Source: Camelus ferus (Eukaryota). Taken from it: a DNA stretch of 64,000 bases. Under the pieces are notes generated by a model that was not told the origin of the DNA, ran no database searches, and was given only the letters and a program-made list of their open reading frames with translations. The DNA is taken from NCBI RefSeq assembly GCF_009834535.1, contig NC_045696.1:113338001-113402000 (forward strand). The letters are read 5' to 3'. The position numbers and the translations under genes were made by a program. Shown here in pieces: positions 13,665 through 26,200 of this stretch (the first letter of the stretch is position 1; every line of letters begins with the position of its first letter).

Positions 13665-14409
13665 ATCACAGTATTAATTATATTTTTCCATTAATTATTA
13701 AAAACAACATGGTTGCTCTGTCAGTGAAAAGGAGAGAAGATATTATTTGCAGTCTTTCCCCAAGATGATTTTTTTCTACCTTGATGGTGGATTGCTTGTG
13801 CTATAGGTGAGGTCATTCTAAAACAAGGCAAATTTTCTTGCCTGAGACTAAAAAACATTCTCTTGATTGTTGAGGGGAGATGGGAAGTGAAATGCATTCA
13901 GATTTCAGTAGGTCCTGAGAAGAAAGCCTGCACCTGCCCTGTCTAGGAGCCCATGGAAGGAAGAGAAACTTCAGTTAAGGTTGGGGCAGTCAGAGCAGAG
14001 AGGAGCTGGCCTCCCATTCTTGAACTAAGGCTACGAAGTCAGCAAGACCCCATAAGAGAAATGGACATGTGTGGACGCATTCCCCCAAGCCTCCTAGGAA
14101 CAAAGAAGTGATAGGATAATTTTGTGAGGTTCAGAGAGACTCAAGGTAGCTGGAGTTGAGACAATGCCACAAAACCTCCTGTAGCCCAATTTGAAACAAG
14201 AGCAGCAGAGTCATCACGTGCACAGCATATGGCACAGAAATTAGCTAAGAGGGAGAGAGAGAATCTGACAGGAGACAGCTTGCAGTCAGGAATAAGGGCC
14301 CGTGCTGGGTCCTGCATGGCCCAACAACGGAGCACTGGAGGTCTCAGCTGACCCAGTGACTGAGGACAACACAGACCAGCTGCCCCACCCAGGACCTGAC
14401 ACCATAAAG

Positions 14410-14541
14410 GAGTTATTCTCAAATATTAACGGGCACTTGCAGGGAGGGTATAGCTCAGGGGTAAAGCACATGATTAGCATGCATGAGGTAGAGGGTTCAA
14501 TCCCCAGTACCTCCATTAAAATATACATATGTATGTATGTA

Positions 14542-14592
<51 letters not shown>

Positions 14593-14785
14593 TCAATACC
14601 TCCATTAAAATATATATATATATAAAAATGGGCCTTGGAATTACCTAGAGAGCTTGCTGATGTACAGATTTCTGGGCCCCACACCTGAGTTCCTGGGTCT
14701 GGGATGGGGACTGAGAACCTGCGTTTCCAGCAAGTTCTCAGGTAATGCTGATGTGGTCTGGGCACCACCCTTGGAAAATCACTGG
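14410..14785. mobile_element. MER5A-like hAT MITE, interrupted by a SINE
   Basis: Left end 'ttattctcaaa', body 'cagatttctgggccccac...caagttctcaggtaatgctgatg', right end 'ttggaaaatcactg'. Confidence 0.75.
14441..14626 (+). mobile_element. tRNA-Ala-derived SINE (Vic-1-like) with (TA)n tail
   Basis: gggagggtatagctcagggg...ttagcatgcatgagg...ggttcaatccccagtacctcca, then an AT microsatellite. Confidence 0.9.
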
Positions 14786-15149
14786 GAGAATGCATCCTAG
14801 CCACCTAACTTATGTGAAACCCAGAAATAAGAGGGAACTCCCAGCAGAACAGAGCTCACACTAGGAGTCTACGTATGGGAAAATGTTTACATTTTTCATA
14901 CACCTGCACATGGGAACAGAGATTTGCAACCATCAGGGAGATACAGGCAAAAAGCTTCCTAAATCTCTACTTGGTTATGTTCTTCTCTGGAAAGTGTCAC
15001 TTACTACTCTATTGTAGCACTGAATATAATTCTTAAATATACCCAGCAACACTCTGGTGATTTATTTCTTCAACCCTTAATGAAATAAAAGTCACTGGTG
15101 TTGGAACTCACTGTCTAGTGTATTCTAAACAAACTGTAGACCAGACAGC

Positions 15150-15720
15150 AATGATTCTTTTCAAATACATCATATCAATTCACTTCCCTGCTCAGAATTC
15201 CCCAGTAGCATCCATGTCCCTCAAGGACAGGCCATCCCACCCCACCGTGGCCTGCAGGGCTCTCTGTGGTTTGGGGCCCAGGTCCCCCCTGTCCTCTCTG
15301 CCCACAGCTCACTCACTCTGCCTGGACATACTGACCAAGCTTCTGCTCCTTGAAAAGCTGGAGGCCACCCACACCTGAGGACCTGCGTGCCCTTCTGTCT
15401 GGCCCTGCCCTCCCTCCTCCAGGTCTCTTCTCAAACATCACCCAATCAGGGAGAGTCTCGCTCTTCACTGATAAAATATAGCTCCCTCCTCATCACTTTC
15501 CTTCACTCTCTTTCGGCTTTGTTCTAGTTTGTTTTTCTTCACTTATCATGATCTAACATAATAAGTTTTCATTTTTTTGTCTTTTTTTTAAATCATCTGC
15601 TAGGAGGTAAACACCATGAAAGAAGGAAATTTGCTTGGTTCACTGCTAAATCCCTAGTGTCAGGGAGTGCCTGGCATATCTCATCACTCAGGATATAACT
15701 GTCGAATGAATGAGCAGAAA
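15150..15720. mobile_element. L2 remnant
   Basis: 'cacttccctgctcagaa', 'tgcttggttcactgct...gtgcctggcata...gaatgaatgag' match the L2 3' end. Confidence 0.65.
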
Positions 15721-16897
15721 GGCCCAGCAGACCAAAGGAACCAACAACCACGGTCAACATTTGGTGGATAAACACCCCTCCAGACGTTCATGTGCACAGA
15801 GACACACAAGCATATTAATCGCTTTTCAATTTTCAACATAGACTTGACTCCAGACAAAGATCTCTAGGGGTCAATCCAAAAGGAATATAAAATCCTAAGA
15901 TCAGATCAATAGAAGAGATGGGGATGGGGCAGATGGATGAGTCTTACACTTAAATAACATTTTCCCTAGGCTTTCTGGAAGCTGAGAATTTCTCTGCTCC
16001 AAGGCCTACAACCATAATTGTTTTTGATACATGTTGTGTTTAGATAAGTGATGTCAAAAGGGTTAAATGTTTTTTCATTCTCAACTTGTACCAGAAACCA
16101 TCTTCCTGGAGACATTTGAGAACTTAACAAGTTTGTCCTTTTATATGAGTAGAGAGTTCACATTGAAAGACTCTTTCCGATGAATCACGTTAAAATTTAT
16201 TCGAAAGTGTCTTTTAACTTTTGGACCTTAAAAAAGAGATGAAGTTTTTTTCTGAATCAAAATGTATCTCCTTGTTTAATGCAGTAATAAATTTCCACAG
16301 ACACTGCCTCAGTTAAACTTCAACAAAACCAAAGATCCAGAGAGGTCACAAGCAAAAGACTGAAGTGACTTTCAATTGCAAGTGATTGGGGGCTTCAGGA
16401 AAAATACCCTTTCTGGATGTCAAAGTTCTTAAATTTTGACTTTGAAAATTTAGAACACCATCATGCTAAGTGGCACTGAGACATTCCACTCAGCAGCAGT
16501 GTATTCCTTTTTTTCATTTTTCTCCTCCTTCGTTCTCTGCATCTTTTCCTACCATAGAGTAGATACATAGAATGCTTGTACTAAGATTCATAAATGACTG
16601 GATGAATAAATATCTTTACATATCCATCAGAGATCCCACCACCTCCTGGTAATTTTTTAATACCAAGTTTGCATTTGTTATCTTATTGATTCACAGTAAA
16701 AAAATCAATGTGGTGTTATAATTATTTTGCCAACAGCCTTCCCAGCGGGCAGCAGCATATGGTGGGAAGACCATGGGTTTCTGAATATATACATGAATTT
16801 GACGCCTTAGTGCCTCTTGTGTCCTTGGACAATTTGTTTGACTTTCTCTTGCCCCACATTTCTCGTTTGTGAGATGGGAATAGTAGTATGTATTTTG

Positions 16898-17391
16898 TGT
16901 CGGGAGAGACAATTCTCCACGAGTCTCTGCCCTCTCACACAGCATGCAGAGTGTGCCAAGAAGGAAAGACCCTGACCACTCTTGACCTGGGCCACTTCCC
17001 AGGCCTGTACCTTCAGGGACCAGCCTTGAGGGGTGACCAGGTCTCCCTCTGGAACTAAGAGCACGATTGCTCATGACTTGCTGTGAAGGTTCCCAGAGCT
17101 CAGGGTTTCCCAGCTACGACACAAACCCACCAGACCAATGTATCCAATATCTATCTGGTGCTGCATCCACTGGCCCTGCTGGATCTCGGGGAGCAAAAGG
17201 AACTGACCCAAAGTGCTGATGCGTATGCTCTTTCCTGCAATGTGAGTAATAAAATCCTTTGTCTCTGACCTAGAAGTCCCATCAGCTAGCATCAGAAATA
17301 AGAGACTAATGCTCCCTGGAAAGTTCATTTTAAACATTAACAGGTCAGCCTTAACTTGTCAGCAGGGTAAAATAAAATGCCACACCTGACA
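16898..17391 (+). mobile_element. LTR40-like ERVL solo LTR inserted in a MIR
   Basis: Starts 'tgtcgggagagacaattctccac', contains 'gagtaataaaatcctttgtctctgacc', ends 'cctgaca'. MIR-like sequence continues on both sides. Confidence 0.65.
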
Positions 17392-17534
17392 CTTTCCAGG
17401 GCTGCGAATATATCAGATGAGACTATCTAAATAAAGCACTACATAAACACAAATGACATCTTCCCTTTAACCTCTTATTTACATCTCCTTAACTGTTTTT
17501 GGTAAATCTTGATAAAATCATGACAGTAAGGTGA

Positions 17535-17722
17535 GTCTATATATAAAATAGGTAAACAAGTTTCTACTGTAAGCACAGGGATCTATATTCAATGTCTTAT
17601 AGTAACCTGTACTGAAAAAGAATATGAAAATGAATATATGTATGTATATATATGACTGACCTATTATGCTGTACACCAGAAATTGACACAACACTGTAGG
17701 CTGACTATACTTCAACTTTTTA
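17535..17722 (+). mobile_element. Short 3' end of a young L1
   Basis: Same 3'UTR motifs as 12680-12838. Confidence 0.85.
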
Positions 17723-18153
17723 ATAATGGTACTAAAGGAATCACTGGATTATTGTCCTAAATAAAAAAAAATTTACTCCTTTGTTATTACCAAAATAAAA
17801 TCCAAAATAAAATCTAGGACACAAGAAGTGGGTTTAGAGGAGCAACTCAGCTGTGGGGATTGGCTCCGTTCAGGGGACCCAGGCACACCCCAGAGGGCAC
17901 AGCCAGCAAGACATTACAACAGAGACATCACAGGCCTCACCCAAACCCGAGGCTTGGTTTAGACCCCCAAGCGCTGTGCAAGGCTGGGAATACAAGACCA
18001 CATAGTCCCAGCCTCATGGAGCTTACGTGCTGCTGGAGGTGAGCCCTGTCAGGGACCTTCTCTGTCTTTCTATTGTTATCTCAGTATTTTTAAGGCAACG
18101 TCACTTTGTTTTGTTTACAAACATTTGAATATCTGTCAAGAATACTATTTTGT

Positions 18154-18335
18154 CAAGGACCTACTGTCTAGCACAGGGAACTATATTCAACTTCGTGTAA
18201 TAACATATAATGGAAAAGAATCTGAAAAGAAAATATATAGATGTATGTATATGTATAACTGAACTGCTTTGCTGTGCACATGAAACTAACACTGTAAATC
18301 AACTACACTTCAATCAAAAGCAAATTTTTTTATAA
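18154..18335 (+). mobile_element. Short L1 3' end with a perfect 13-bp TSD
   Basis: aatactattttgt at 18141-18153 and again at 18336-18348. Confidence 0.9.
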
Positions 18336-18540
18336 AATACTATTTTGTATTATGCTCTGTGAATTTTCTTGTCTACTTTGCTTGCTTGTTCTTTCAGATA
18401 AAATTACAAGTAAAACAGCAACTATAGTAACAGTATTTTTCTTTTATTGTCTTTTCACCAATAACATGGCGTATTTTTAGTTTTATTAATTTTTATTTAG
18501 CACCACTATGAAAACTCTGTCTTCCTGCCAGTTGCATTTT

Positions 18541-18634
18541 GTTTTACTTTTTTTAATGGAGGTACCGGGGATTGAACCCAGGACCTCATGCATGCTAAGC
18601 ATGTGCTCTACCACTGAGCTATCCTCTCCCCTCC
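18541..18634 (-). mobile_element. tRNA-Ala-derived SINE (short form)
   Basis: Reverse complement reads gatagctcagtggtagagcacatgcttagcatgcatgaggtcctgggttcaatccccggtacctcca plus an A tail. TSD-like ccagttgcattt / ccaactgcattt. Confidence 0.9.
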
Positions 18635-19604
18635 CCAACTGCATTTATTTTTAATTTTATTGTATTGGCCAGAACTCCTAAATAATGATTTTGTAAATGG
18701 GCTTTCTCATTCTTGGTTTTCATGAGAAATGCTTCACCATTAAAAGTAGTAAGTACATTGCTTTAAAGAATAAAAATGAGCACATAGGCATTTGTTAAGA
18801 AAAGTAATCCAAATACTGGAAATAAGGCATAAAGATGGTGGCATGTCTTCTCAAAGTCCTATGGAGGCTTTGCTGAACAGCCCCTGCCCCCACCCCAGGG
18901 GTTATTTCATTCTTTAGTAGAAGGTACCTTTATTTGATTTATTATTCACCATTGATACAAGCCACCCCTGTGAAGCTATATGTTAACCTGTAGACTTAGA
19001 CTTTTGTCTGGTGGAGAGGCAAATGATTTTTGTCTGGTACAAAAAATAACTCCAGAGGCTCTAGTTGTACTGGCCTGTTTAGCATTAGCCTATTTTGCTT
19101 ATAGTGTAGCAAACTTGCTACAACACGCCTTTCCCAACTGACCAACCTCTGTGAACCAGCCCCGTCGTGCTTCTAGTCTCCTGCGTTAAATCTTTGACAT
19201 ATACTCACTGTACATTTCGATGAAAGTCATGTTTTTAACTTTCAACAAATCATGGCACAAATCACCATGCAATTACAACTATGGTAAGAGCTATGAAAGA
19301 AGTGGGGGTGAGCTGAAGGAAATGGTGCTGAAGTGGAGGGCTGGAGGGTGGCTGCACCCACAGGAGGCAGGGGGACAGGGGAGAGCCATCCATGAGTTAG
19401 TCCTTCCAAGGGTAATTTTCAGACTACATCTAAAGATTCCCAAAGTCACAGAGGAAAGGAACCAAAAACTACTCTCTACAATTGCTGAAGCAGAATTGTC
19501 TGGTATTTCTATACCAAAGCAATTTTCAAAATAAAAAAAATGTTTTGAAGTTACCATTATTTATAAAATTGTAGTTATATCTATTGTTGACTCAGAGAGT
19601 ATTA

Positions 19605-19760
19605 CAGTGTTCCAGGTCTGCAATTAAACACTTGAAATGTATTATCCTCAGTCCTCATGACAATTCTACAAGGTAGTTACCATTATTATCTCCACTTCAC
19701 AGATGAGAAAACTGAGGCTCAGAGAGGTTAAGTTTTATGCCCAAGGGTACACACTAAGCC
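19605..19760 (-). mobile_element. MIR
   Basis: 'cattattatctccacttcacagatgagaaaactgaggctcagagaggttaag' is the MIR core. Confidence 0.8.
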
Positions 19761-19910
19761 TGCCAGAGTTCCGAACTTTACTCACTCCTTTGCTGTCCTG
19801 CCTCTTCCAGAGATACTTCTTCAAATTTGCGCTACTTTACAATGGGGAAGCAGAACATCATTTTCATGTTATAACACAGAGCCCTTGTAGATTAAAACAT
19901 CATGGCAAGA

Positions 19911-20438
19911 TCTAAGTGTCCATCGACAGATGACTGGATAAAAGATGCTGTGGTATATTTATACAATGGAATACTACTCAGTCATAAAAAAGAATGAAAT
20001 CATGTCATTTGCAGCAACATGGATGGACCTGGAGATTATCATTCTAAGTAAAGTAAGACAGAAAAAGAAAGAAAAATACCATATGATACCACTTACATGT
20101 GGAATCTAAAAAAAAAAAAAGACAAAACGAACTTATTTACAAAACAGAACAGACTCAGACATAGAAAACAAACTTATGGTTACCAGTGGGGGGAAGAGAG
20201 TGGGAAGGGATAAATTGGGAGTTCTAGATTTGCAGATACTAACTAATATACACAAAAGAGATAAACAACAAGCTTATACTGTACAGCACAGGTAACTATA
20301 TTCAGTATCTTATAATAACCTATGGTGAAAAAGAATATGAAAACGAATATATGTATGTTCCTATATGACTGAAGCATTGTGCTGTACACCAGAAATTGAC
20401 ACAACATTGTAAACTAACTATACTTCAGTAAAAAAAAA
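19911..20438 (+). mobile_element. Young L1 3' end (~530 bp)
   Basis: End of ORF2, 3'UTR and A tail. TSD-like tcatggcaaga / tcatggctaga. Confidence 0.9.
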
Positions 20439-21599
20439 TTCATGGCTAGAAAGGAACAGGAAGCTGGTATATGTGAAGAGCGCTGTGGTTCAATGTTTAC
20501 TTTTGCTGGTCCTTTTTATTTCCTAAAGTGTCCCACGGTGGTGCACTGGAAGTAAAAGGCAGGGTTTGCCTGGAGTGGCTTCTCAACAATGAGAGTGTCT
20601 TGTTGAAAACTTGTTTACTCCATGCCTCTGCTTTTAACTACTCCCTCATGTGCTCCATCCGTTGCTTTCCTCTCATCTGTAAGCCCTGAGCACTTGTCCG
20701 AAAGCTTTCAGCCCAACCGAGTAGGCAAAAAGCCATCTCTACCTGCAGCTGGCCCTGAGTCTCTCCTAAGTGTTTGACTATTTAGTCAGAGAGTGAGAGT
20801 CTGTAGTCAGCAGAGTGCATTTGCCTTGATTGTGTGTAAGCTTTTCAGAGTTCACTGTTTTTTTTGTTCCTTTTCTTTCTCCATTGGTACTTCCTGCTTT
20901 TAAGCTGAGAATTATATAAAAATGTAATTATCCAGTCACCTTCCTTAATCTTATATTCAAGGAGAATACATGTACTTTTGTATATACAGAAATATTTCCC
21001 AAGTGATCCAAAGGTATGTTGAATTCTATCCTGGGTCCCTGCGACTTGGTGTCTAATACCAGGCCTGGCCCTTCATGATTTTTTTAGAATCTTGAACAGC
21101 CCACAACAAAAATAACAGAATTCCTAAATATCTAAACTAAAGACCCCTTAGAGATTTTCTGGTCCAAATTCTACATTTTACACAGCAGAGAAGAAAGGCT
21201 GGTAAAGTTCCCGTGCTAAGACCTCATCCAAGTATATTAATATTTACTTTGTATTATATATTTTGCCTTTCCAATTGCACATTCATTGAAAACAAAGACC
21301 CATGACAAATGTTTTTCATACATCATTTGCTGCACATATCTCTGTGTGCAGTAGATAGTCAGAAGGGTTGGGGGCAGGGGTGTTTTATAAGACCTTCTGC
21401 TTAGAAACCTCTGCTCCAACCCACAAGGGATGCACAAGGTTTTAGATGAGAGTCAGAAATCTAGAGGGATTTCACCCCAGCTCAATGGGTCCCTTGGGGA
21501 AGCTTTGGGCTTTATTCTATTTGCTTTTATTATGTATGTAGTGCCTGGAAACACACTTGTAAAAGATTCAGGCAACACAATGTCTTTCTAAATAAAATA

Positions 21600-21800
21600 T
21601 CTGATCTGCCACTTAACTATATGTGACCTGGGACAAACTCATTTTAACTCCCCTGTCTCAGTTTCCTCATCTGTATAATTCTTTTTAACTCAGCTCACAT
21701 GGTTGTTGCAAAAATTAAATGAAATTGTATATTTATACTCTATATATTAAACTATCATCACAGAGCCTGGAGCATATTATGTGTTCAATAAGTGATAAAT
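21600..21800 (+). mobile_element. MIR
   Basis: 'tctgccacttaactatatgtgacctgggacaa...ctcagtttcctcatctgtataa'. Confidence 0.75.
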
Positions 21801-21924
21801 ATTGATATATAACTGCTAGTAATGATTCTGAACACTTGAGTAGTTATTTGCACTTTGATCCTAATAATAATCATAGACAGTAGAAGTGACTAGTGTCCTC
21901 CCCACTTCAAAGATGAACAAATTG

Positions 21925-22064
21925 CAATATCTTGTAATAACCTTTAATGGGGAGAAAATATGAAAATTAATATATGTATGTAAATGCATGATTGGGACAT
22001 TGTGCTGTACACCAGAAATTGACACATTATAATTGACTGTACTTCAATTAAAAAAAAAAAAAAG
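21925..22064 (+). mobile_element. Short L1 3' end inserted in a MIR core
   Basis: 17-bp TSD caaagatgaacaaattg (21908-21924) / caaagatgaaaaaattg (22065-22081). The MIR resumes at 'gaggctcaga'. Confidence 0.9.
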
Positions 22065-22249
22065 CAAAGATGAAAAAATTGAGGCTCAGAAAGGATACGT
22101 GCCTTTTTCCAAAGGCACATTTCTGGCTAGGAAATAGCAGATCTGAAATTCAGAGCAACCCACTCTGAGTCAAGACCTTTCTTCTGCCCCATGGTCATGC
22201 CCCCTCCTCCAGTAATACATACTTCCTTGCATTAAAGATGCAAAATAAA

Positions 22250-23005
22250 TGAGATTCACTCAACAATATTTTTTCAAATATTGAGCATCTCGTAGGTGCC
22301 AGGCACTGTTCTGAGCACACTGAGGCTGAAGCCAGGAACAACAACAACAGAAAAAAACAGACAAAAATCTCTGTTCTCATTCTTGAGGGTGAAGACAATC
22401 AACAGAAGAACATATGGATGAAACACACAGTATGGCAAATAAAGGGGAGGGCTGTGAATAAAATCAGCTCAGGAAAAGGGGGCGAGGGTATGCCCAGGAT
22501 TCGAAGACAGGGTACAGCTTTAGAGATGATCACCTGGGTTGGCCTCATTGAGAAAGTGACACTTGAGTGAAGATCTGGGGAGGCGAAAGGAGAAGCTAGA
22601 TGGACGTCCTACAGGAGAGCAACCCAGGAAAAGGGAACGGGAAGCGGAAAGGCCCTGAAGGGAGAGCCTGCTGGAGATGTCCAAAGAATAACAAGGGGGC
22701 CAGCAAGGTGGGTGCAGAGTGAGCCAGGAGAGAGGACTCTGGGATGGGGGCAGGGAGGTAACGCAGGAGAGCGCTGGTGGCCACCCAGTGAAGAGCATTC
22801 TTCCAAAGGCTGAGAGCCACTGGAAGACTCTGTGCAGAGGAATGTCATGGTTTAACTTCTATTTCAAAGGCTCGCTCTGGCTGCCGTACTGAGATGAGAC
22901 TTTAGGCAGGGAAGGGGAGAAGCAGGGAAATGTGTTAGGAGACTGCTGCCAAAGAGAGAGGCTGGTGGCTTGGACTAAGAAGTGGCCACATTTTGGATAG
23001 ATCCT
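22250..23005 (-). mobile_element. L2 remnant
   Basis: 'attgagcatctcgtaggtgccaggcactgttctg', 'gagaaagtgacacttgag', 'gctctggctgc' are L2 motifs. Confidence 0.7.
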
Positions 23006-23225
23006 ATTTCATTATGAAAATTTTCAAACATTGTAAAATCAGGGAGAGTAATACAGAAAACGCCCATAAATTCATCACCCAGCATCAATAATTTTCAAGA
23101 TTTTGCCACATTGGCTTAACCAGCATTTTTTTTCAGAACTGTTTAAAAGTAAATAGCATACGTCATATCATTTCACTGCTACGTATTCCATGCAATACAT
23201 ATATCTTTAAAAGACATGAACATTC

Positions 23226-26200
23226 CAGAGGTGCAGCCAAGATGGCAGAGGAGGAAGACCCTGAGCTCACCTCCTCCCATGGGCACACCAGAATTACTAC
23301 TATTGACAGTGCAACAAATGGTGAGAAAGGACCGAGGACTAGCAGAAAAGATCTTATTTATAACTAAAGACATAAAGAAGGAACCATAACAAGATGGGCA
23401 GGAGGGGTGGAGACATGGCATAGTCAAGACTCATACTCCAGGGCAGGTGACTCACAAAGGGCAGCATAATCACAATTTTAGAGGTTCAGCCCAAGGATCG
23501 AGGGGTCCGAGCCACAGCGGGCCCTCCAGCCTGGAAGTCCTGGACCGGGAAGATGAGCTCCCAAAACACTTGGCTTCGAAGGTCAGTGGGACGGACTTGC
23601 AGGAGAGCCAGAGGGCTGTGAGAAAGAGACTCCGCTCTTAAAGAACACACACAAAATCTCACACACTCCGGGACTCAGAGCAGAAGCAGAAATTTGAAAG
23701 GAGCCTGATCAGACCCACCTGCTGATCTTGGAGAGCCTCCTGGAGAGGCAGGAGGCAACTGGAGCTCACTCTGGGGAGAGACACTGGTGGCAGTCATTTT
23801 GTGGAGCTGGTTCTTACCATGAAGACATTGATGCTGACTTTACAGGTGAGTTCTATCAAACACTGAGAGAACAGTTAACACCTATCCCTTTCAAACTATT
23901 CCAAAAAACTGCAGAGGGAGGAATGCTTCCTAATTCATTCTGCAAGGCCAGCATCACCCAGATACCAGAACCAGACAAAGATATCACACACAAAAAAGAA
24001 AATGACAGGCCAATACCACTGGTAAACAAAAATGCAGGTATTGGCACAAAAACAGACATACGGATCAATGGAACAGAACAGAGAGCCCAGAAATAAACCC
24101 ACAGACATATGGTCAATTAATCTTCGACAAAGGAGGCAAGAATATACAATGGAGAAAGGACAGTCTCTTTACCAAGTGGTGTTGGGAAAACTGGATAGCA
24201 GCATGTAAATCAATGAACACTCTCTCACAGTATACACAAAAATAAACTCAAAATGGCTTAAAGACTTAAATATAAGACAAGACACTATAAACTTCCTGGA
24301 AGAAATCGTAGCCAAAACATTTTCTGACATAAATTTTAGAAATGTTCTCCTAGGGCAGTCTACCCAGGCAATAGAAATAAAAGCAAAAATTAACAAATGG
24401 GACCTAATTAAACTTATAAGCTTTTGCGCAGAAAAGGAAATTATAAACAAAATGAAAAGACAGCCTACAGAATGAGAGAAAATATTTGCAAATGATGCAA
24501 CTGGCAAAGGCTTAATTTCCAGAATATATAAATAGTTCATTCAAAACCTTAATAACAAAAAACAAACAACCTAACTCAAAAATGGGCAGAAGACCTAAAC
24601 AACCATTTCTCCAATGAAGACATATGAATGGCCAATAAGCACATGAAAAAATGCTCAATATTTCTAATTATCAGAGCAATGCAGATCAAAACTACAATGA
24701 GGTCTCACTTCACACCAGTCAGAATGGCCGTCATGAAAAAGTCCACAAACAATGAATGCTGGAGAGGGTGTGGAGAAAACAGAACCCTCCTACACCTTTG
24801 GTGGGAAAGTAGTTTGATGCAGCCAGAATGGAAAACAGTATGGAGATTCCTCAAAGAACCAAAAATAAACTTACCATAGATCCAGCAATCCCACACCTGA
24901 AGGAAACTCTAACTCAGAAACATACATGCACCCCAATGTTTACAGCAGCACTAGTTACAAAAGCCAAGACATGGAAGCAACCTAAATGTCCATCGACAGA
25001 TGACTGGATAAAGAAGCTGTGGAATATATATACAATGGAATACTACTCAGTCACTAAAAAAAGAATAAAATAATGCCATTTGCAGCAACATGGATGGACC
25101 TAGAGATCATCATTCTAAGTGAAGAAAGCCAGAAAAAGAAAGAAAAATACCATATGATATCACTCATATGTGGAATCTAAAAAAAAAATGATACAAATGA
25201 ACTTATTTACAAAACAGAAACAGACTCACAGACATAGAAAACAAATTTATGTTTACCAGGGAGGAAAGGGGGTGGGAGGGAATAAACTGGGAGTTCAAGA
25301 TTTGCAGATACTAACTACTATATATAAAATAGATAAACAAATTTCTACTATATAGCACAGGGAACTATATTCAATATCTTGTAGTAACCTATAATGAAAA
25401 ACAATATGAAAAAGAATATATGTGTGTATATGCATGACTGAAAAGATTATGCTGCACCAGAAATGGACACAACATTGTAAACTGACTATATTTCAATAAA
25501 TTTTTTTAATTAAAAAAAAAACCACAGGTGCAGAAATCCTCAACAAAGCATGAGCAAACAAAAGCCAACAATACATTAAAAGTTTCATATACCATAATCA
25601 AGTGGGATTCATCCCAGGGATGCGATGGTAGTTCAATATCCTCAAATCAGTCAATGTGATGCACCACACTAACAAACTGAAGAATAAAAATCATATGATC
25701 ATCTCAATAGATTCAGAAAAAGCTTCTTACTAAGTTCAGCATCCATGTATGATAAAAATTCTGAACAAAATTGGTATAGAGGGAACATTCCTCAACACAA
25801 TGAAGGCCATCTATGACAAGCCCACAGCTAACATCATACCCAACAGTAAAAAACTTAAAGCAAGATCAGGACCAAGACAAGGATGCCCACTCCAGCCACT
25901 TTTATTCAAGGTAGTATTGGAAGTCCAAGCCAGAGCTATCAGACATGAAAAGGAAATTTTGAAAATCCAAATTCCAAAAAGAAGAAGTAAAACTGTCACT
26001 ATTTGCAGATGATGTGACAGTGTACAAAGAAAATCCAAAATAAGCCACCGAAAAACAAAACTACTAGAACTTCTTATCAATGAACTCAGTAAAGTTGCAA
26101 GATACAAAATTAATATACAGAAATTTGTTACATTTCTATATGAACTACTACAACAATGAACTATCAGGAAGAGAAAGAAAGGAAACAATCCTATTCACAA

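Noticed and set aside
14286..14804. 172-aa ORF
   Set aside because: Reads through MER5A, a (TA)n microsatellite and a SINE.
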